DNA of 64,000 nt from a virus. A program made the translations under genes and the position numbers. Of this stretch, positions 60,157-64,000 are shown in pieces. Numbering within the stretch: the first letter of the stretch is position 1; every line of letters begins with the position of its first letter. The notes under the pieces are model-generated. The model was given only the letters and a program-made list of their open reading frames with translations, was not told the origin of the DNA and did no database searches. The stretch covers positions 15,123 through 79,122 of IMG/VR virus record IMGVR_UViG_3300048503_000180; one strand, given 5' to 3'.

Positions 60157-60992
60157 CGATTGAAGATCGCCGCCTATGGATCAATCCGCAACATCCGCGC
60201 CTGAGCGTCCAACAGCAGTGCGAACTGCTCGGTCTGGCGCGCTCCAGCTACTACTACCAGCCGCGTCAGGAGAGCGCCGAGAACCTGCGGCTGCTCCGGC
60301 GGTTGGACGAACTGTACCTGGAATGCCCGTTCTTCGGCAGCCGGCGCATGGCCATCACGCTGGAGGTCAACCGCAAACGCATCCAGCGGCTGATGCGCAT
60401 CGCCGGCATCGAAGCCCTCTACCCCAAACCGAACTTGAGCCGCCCGGCGCCGGGCCACGAGATCTACCCGTACCTGCTGCGCGGCGTCTCGATCGAACGG
60501 CCCAACCAGGTCTGGAGTACCGATATTACTTACATTCCGATGCGTGGCGGCTTCCTCTACCTGGTTGCCATCATGGATTGGTTCAGCCGCTTCGTGCTCA
60601 GTTGGGAACTCTCCAATACGATGGAGACCGGCTTCTGTCTGGCTGCGCTCGGGGCTGCGTTCCGTTTCGGTCAACCCGAAATCTGGAATTCGGATCAGGG
60701 GTCGCAGTTCACCTCGGCCGATTTTCTGGCGCCGCTGAAGAAGCGCGGCATATCCATCAGCATGGATGGACGCGGCCGTGCCCTGGACAACGTTTTCATC
60801 GAGCGTCTGTGGCGCAGCCTGAAGTACGAACTCATCTACCCTGGCGACTTCGCCAGTGGCGCGGATCTGTTCCCGGCGCTGGATCGCTACTTCCACTTCT
60901 ACAATCATCAGCGCCCGCACCAGGCGCTCGGCTATCGCCCGCCGGCAGAGTTGTTCCCGCGCCGGCCCATAAGGAAGAGGGCATTGCCATGA
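60135..60992 (+). CDS. IS3 OrfB DDE transposase, expressed by -1 frameshift at the A8G run (60135-60143)
   Basis: -1 frame is open from the A-run; WSTDITY, NSDQGSQF, DN.FIERLWRSLKYE. Confidence 0.92.
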   Translation, partial: KKKELALAIEDRRLWINPQHPRLSVQQQCELLGLARSSYYYQPRQESAENLRLLRRLDELYLECPFFGSRRMAITLEVNRKRIQRLMRIAGIEALYPKPNLSRPAPGHEIYPYLLRGVSIERPNQVWSTDITYIPMRGGFLYLVAIMDWFSRFVLSWELSNTMETGFCLAALGAAFRFGQPEIWNSDQGSQFTSADFLAPLKKRGISISMDGRGRALDNVFIERLWRSLKYELIYPGDFASGADLFPALDRYFHFYNHQRPHQALGYRPPAELFPRRPIRKRALP

Positions 60993-62161
60993 TGGGGGGC
61001 GCTGCCCCCCAAACCCCCCGGGATTTAGCGCTGTTTTTTTCCAGAATGGATATTCTTGGCTTTTCAGATTTGAGAAGCAGCCGTATAATGGAGAGGCTTG
61101 ATAGGAGGACAGGGCAACGCAGGGATGCGACCCGAGCGCCGATTCAAGCCCGGAATGGATGGCGGCCTTCGGGCCGCCTCTTGGTTAGCCCGCTTCACCA
61201 TCTAAGGACAGGCAAAATTTTGTCCAAACGATGGGGTCCACCTCAGGTTCCCGTAAACGAAGACGACCGGGCGGAAATCGGTAAGGGCCACGAGTTCCCG
61301 ACGCAGCTCTTCAAGTCGCATTACAACATGCCGGCCTACGAGCTCTCGAAGTACGCCTCGTCGGAGTTCCTCGCGTGGGCGCTGTCCTTCTCCATGGGCA
61401 ACGTTGTCGTGAGCGGTAGCGGTCCGTACGTTTACACCATCGTTCCGGCGTTGGGGGCGACGAACCCGACCGGCCTGGAGTTGCCCTACTTCTCGTTCGT
61501 GCAGCAGATCCGGCCCGGCGGTTCCGCGGTGTTGGACGAAATGCTGGTGGGCTGCGCGGTCAAAGGCTGGAAGCTCTCGATCAAGAACTCGCCTGGCCGC
61601 GCCAGTGCGATGTGCTCGGTGGAGTGCGTCACCACCGGGCAGTACACTTCGCCCAGTGGCATCACGCTGCCGGCCATCTCCACGCCGCATGAATTCAATG
61701 CCGGCATGATCAGCACTCTGACGTTCAACGGCATCAACTACCTTACTGGCGGCAGCGCGAAGCAGTTCGTGTCGATGGAGGCGTCCTGGGAAAACAACTT
61801 CCGGCCCGGCTTCTTCCCCGGCTCGGGAGCGCAGGATGGCTATCAGATTCAGGGGCGCTTTGAGTGGGGTGACCGCGCCTTCGCGGTGCAGTTTGTTGTG
61901 CGCGTGCAGGCGGGATCGACCGAGTACGCGAACTTGATCAACCTGACCACCGGGACTGCCACGTTCACCATGACCCGCGACGCCAACAACTCGTTCACGA
62001 TGCTCATCCAGAAGATGGGCTTCAACGTCGCCGAACTCGGAAACACAGACAGCATCGTGACGCTCCAGATCACCGGCGTTCAACTCTACGACCCCACCAA
62101 CGGGATGGTGACGATGACAATCACCACTCCGCTACAGGGCATCTGCCAGTAGGAGATTCAC

Positions 62162-62770
62162 ATGGAAATCGAGAAGAAAGCGGGCTTCGATGCGTCGAAG
62201 CCGTTTGTGGTGCCGATCCTGTCGGGCGGCGAGAAGAGCTGCGAGGTGCGGTTCCCTTCGGACGAGGAGTGGTGCGCCTGGGCTCGTGCGCAGCGCACCG
62301 TGCGCCATTTCCTGGGGCGCGGGAAGTCGCAGAGCGAGGACGTGGACCTGCCGAAGATCAACGCGGAGCTGTTCGCCAAGATCCGCACAGACAAGGACGG
62401 TCCCGAGTTCGACGACGCCGAAGCCGGCATGGTGATCGGCCGCATTGAGCGGTGCGCCGTGGCCAACGTGGAGCGCGAAGGCATCAACTACCGGATCGAG
62501 ATGAAAGTCCCCGGCGCGCGCGTGGTTCATGTGCTGCGGATGCCGACCGCCAAGGAGATGCAGGACCACGAGCGGGCCTCGACCAGCGTCGTGGCCGCGC
62601 GGAGGTCGGTTGAGACGCGGGCGTTCCTGGAGCCGAGCGGCGCGCTCTACGACAAGCTGCACATCTCGCACGAAGGATACGCCGGCACCGTGCCCATCGT
62701 TCACAAGTCGGCTGCGGTATCCGAGGTCATTGCGCAACTCGCTATCGAGGCCGACGAAGACCCGGAATAG
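62162..62770 (+). CDS. Tail assembly chaperone (gpG-like), element B copy
   Basis: 199/202 aa identical to 516-1124. Confidence 0.7.
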   Translation: MEIEKKAGFDASKPFVVPILSGGEKSCEVRFPSDEEWCAWARAQRTVRHFLGRGKSQSEDVDLPKINAELFAKIRTDKDGPEFDDAEAGMVIGRIERCAVANVEREGINYRIEMKVPGARVVHVLRMPTAKEMQDHERASTSVVAARRSVETRAFLEPSGALYDKLHISHEGYAGTVPIVHKSAAVSEVIAQLAIEADEDPE

Positions 62771-63186
62771 CCGCGCCCGGCGACTGGCCGGAGGAGCCGG
62801 GCGTTCGATTCCTAATCCGGTCGGTGCTGCACCAGGGCGGGCTGTGTGGGCCTGACGAGGAATGCCCGGATCGCGTCTTCCGCTGCCGGGGATGCGGCTA
62901 CTCTGCGCAGACCGAATTGGAGGGCTGCCCCGCCTGCGGCGCGGATTGGAAGACCATCGACGTCAGCCATGGCCCCGGCTGTCCGAAGAATTTGCTCGAA
63001 GAGGCGATGGATACGCCGAACGGCGGTCTCGTTCGACGCTGTTTCCGCATTCTGAACGCGAAGAACATCGGGTTGACGATCACGCTGGCGGATATCACCG
63101 AAGAGGAGTTCCGGGTGCTGGAACTGATCGAAGCCGAGCGCCAGGAGCAGATCAAGAATGGGAGCGGCGGCGCTCAAGGTCGCTAG
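62755..63186 (+). CDS. gpGT-like -1 frame extension, element B copy
   Basis: Same GAC CCG GAA TAG junction and open -1 frame as copy A. Confidence 0.55.
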   Translation, partial: RRPGIAAPGDWPEEPGVRFLIRSVLHQGGLCGPDEECPDRVFRCRGCGYSAQTELEGCPACGADWKTIDVSHGPGCPKNLLEEAMDTPNGGLVRRCFRILNAKNIGLTITLADITEEEFRVLELIEAERQEQIKNGSGGAQGR

Positions 63187-63290
63187 GGAAAGACTCAAAG
63201 ACCAACGCTACCGCTGGCGATTGAAGGCACAGCCATGTACGGCGTGATCAGTCAAACGAGGGCATATGAACCGGGATTTCCATTCAGAAC

Positions 63291-63764
63291 TCATTTATGC
63301 GGCTTCAGTATGAACACTCTGCCCGTGTAGTTGATGCCCTTCATCCTCCACAATCTAGGCATCATAGGATCTTTATCACAAGCTATACATGGAAACGCGA
63401 TCAGACAGCCGCCGCCAATGCTTTCGCTGCAACCGTGCGCGCTCCACCAGCCTGCTGACAGGCACTTCCTAATCGCAGTAAGTGCCTTTGCGAAGTCCGC
63501 TGAATAATAGCGTTCAATGGAGTCAACCAATTGCGTAACGGCCGACGTCTTGTCCGGAAGCTTATTAGGGTTTTCGGCTGTCCACAGTCCCAGGATATAA
63601 CCGTTGGCTGCGACCTTATACCCGAATCCATTATTCTGCGTTATTCCATTGGAAAGGAGAAACTCGTATCGCTCCTGCTCGGCGGGAGACCGTTTGGAGG
63701 ATTCATTTAAACCAGGTTCCAGGCGTCGCTTCGGTTTACCGAGCAACCTCGTCCAAAATGCCAT
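63291..63764 (-). CDS. Hypothetical protein, 157 aa, low GC (moron slot of element B)
   Basis: AAGGAG RBS; opposite strand; no counterpart in element A. Confidence 0.65.
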   Translation of the reverse strand: MAFWTRLLGKPKRRLEPGLNESSKRSPAEQERYEFLLSNGITQNNGFGYKVAANGYILGLWTAENPNKLPDKTSAVTQLVDSIERYYSADFAKALTAIRKCLSAGWWSAHGCSESIGGGCLIAFPCIACDKDPMMPRLWRMKGINYTGRVFILKPHK

Positions 63765-64000
63765 CTTGGTCTCCTTGGTCCATCTTCGTTTGGCGTGGCG
63801 ACGCTGCCCACGCGGCGTAGCAACTCATTATGCCAATGTCACGCATGCTGACAACCAGCCTTCCTACTTCCCCATAATGTACGCTACTCCCGGTTGTGTT
63901 CCATGTACCTGTCGACCATCCGTTCCACTTGACCAGCCATCCCGCCGATTGCTGGGAAAACCGCGCTCTGTGCTTCGTCCAAGGAGATTGAATTTAGAAT

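Larger units (their letters stand above)
59794..61245 (+). mobile_element. IS3-family insertion sequence, 1452 bp, with 3-bp target duplication GGT
   Basis: IRL TGTAATGGACCCCAAAACTTGGACA; IRR (revcomp) TGAGGTGGACCCCATCGTTTGGACA; GGT at 59791-59793 and 61246-61248. Confidence 0.95.
59669..62152 (+). pseudogene. Major tail tube gene of element B, interrupted by IS3 at codon 42
   Basis: Removing the IS and one GGT restores ..NTKPWAKV-PVNEDDRAEIG.. in frame. Confidence 0.88.
44876..64000 (+). mobile_element. Prophage B, left part: packaging, head and start of tail module
   Basis: Begins at the att core; terminase-gpW-portal-protease-capsid-tail order; tail genes paralogous to those at 1-1543. 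Confidence 0.88.

Noticed and set aside
60176-60988. 658-aa ORF 60176-62152 as a real gene from its annotated start
   Set aside because: Its first 270 codons overlap IS3 OrfB in another frame; only the part from ATG 60989 is a plausible product.
63884-64000. FRG-domain call for the partial ORF at the right edge
   Set aside because: Only 38 residues are visible and the resemblance (VFPAIGG) is too weak.

Overview
The window holds two related lambda-like, long-tailed prophages integrated in tandem; the gene content resembles Acidobacteria-type elements (inference). They meet at an attP-like junction (44744-44988): the 3' half of a tRNA-Ala(GGC) flanked on both sides by GG(A/C)GTCC arm-like repeats. 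Element A (1-44920) contributes tail genes, several of them frameshifted; about 21 kb of intact defence-like cargo; a replication module (xis, primase, UvrD); a tyrosine integrase; and a TIGR04255/unknown/ART-like triad. The cargo has a minus-strand operon (SNF2-DUF3883, PLD-like protein, DUF1156 methylase, DUF499 ATPase, SF1 helicase-Vsr nuclease) and a divergent plus-strand operon (higB, higA-IrrE, unknown, catalytically inactive RsAgo-like long-B Argonaute, coupled partner with no recognisable nuclease). Element B (44876-64000) contributes a candidate cos site, two ParB-methylases, terminase, portal, protease, capsid, head-tail genes and a tail tube gene interrupted by an IS3-family element. 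Its tail tube and chaperone genes repeat those at the window start 61,646 bp away, with mostly synonymous divergence. The best candidates for undescribed systems are the Argonaute operon, the TIGR04255 triad and the extended DUF499/DUF1156 operon. All family calls come from motif reading only; no searches were run.
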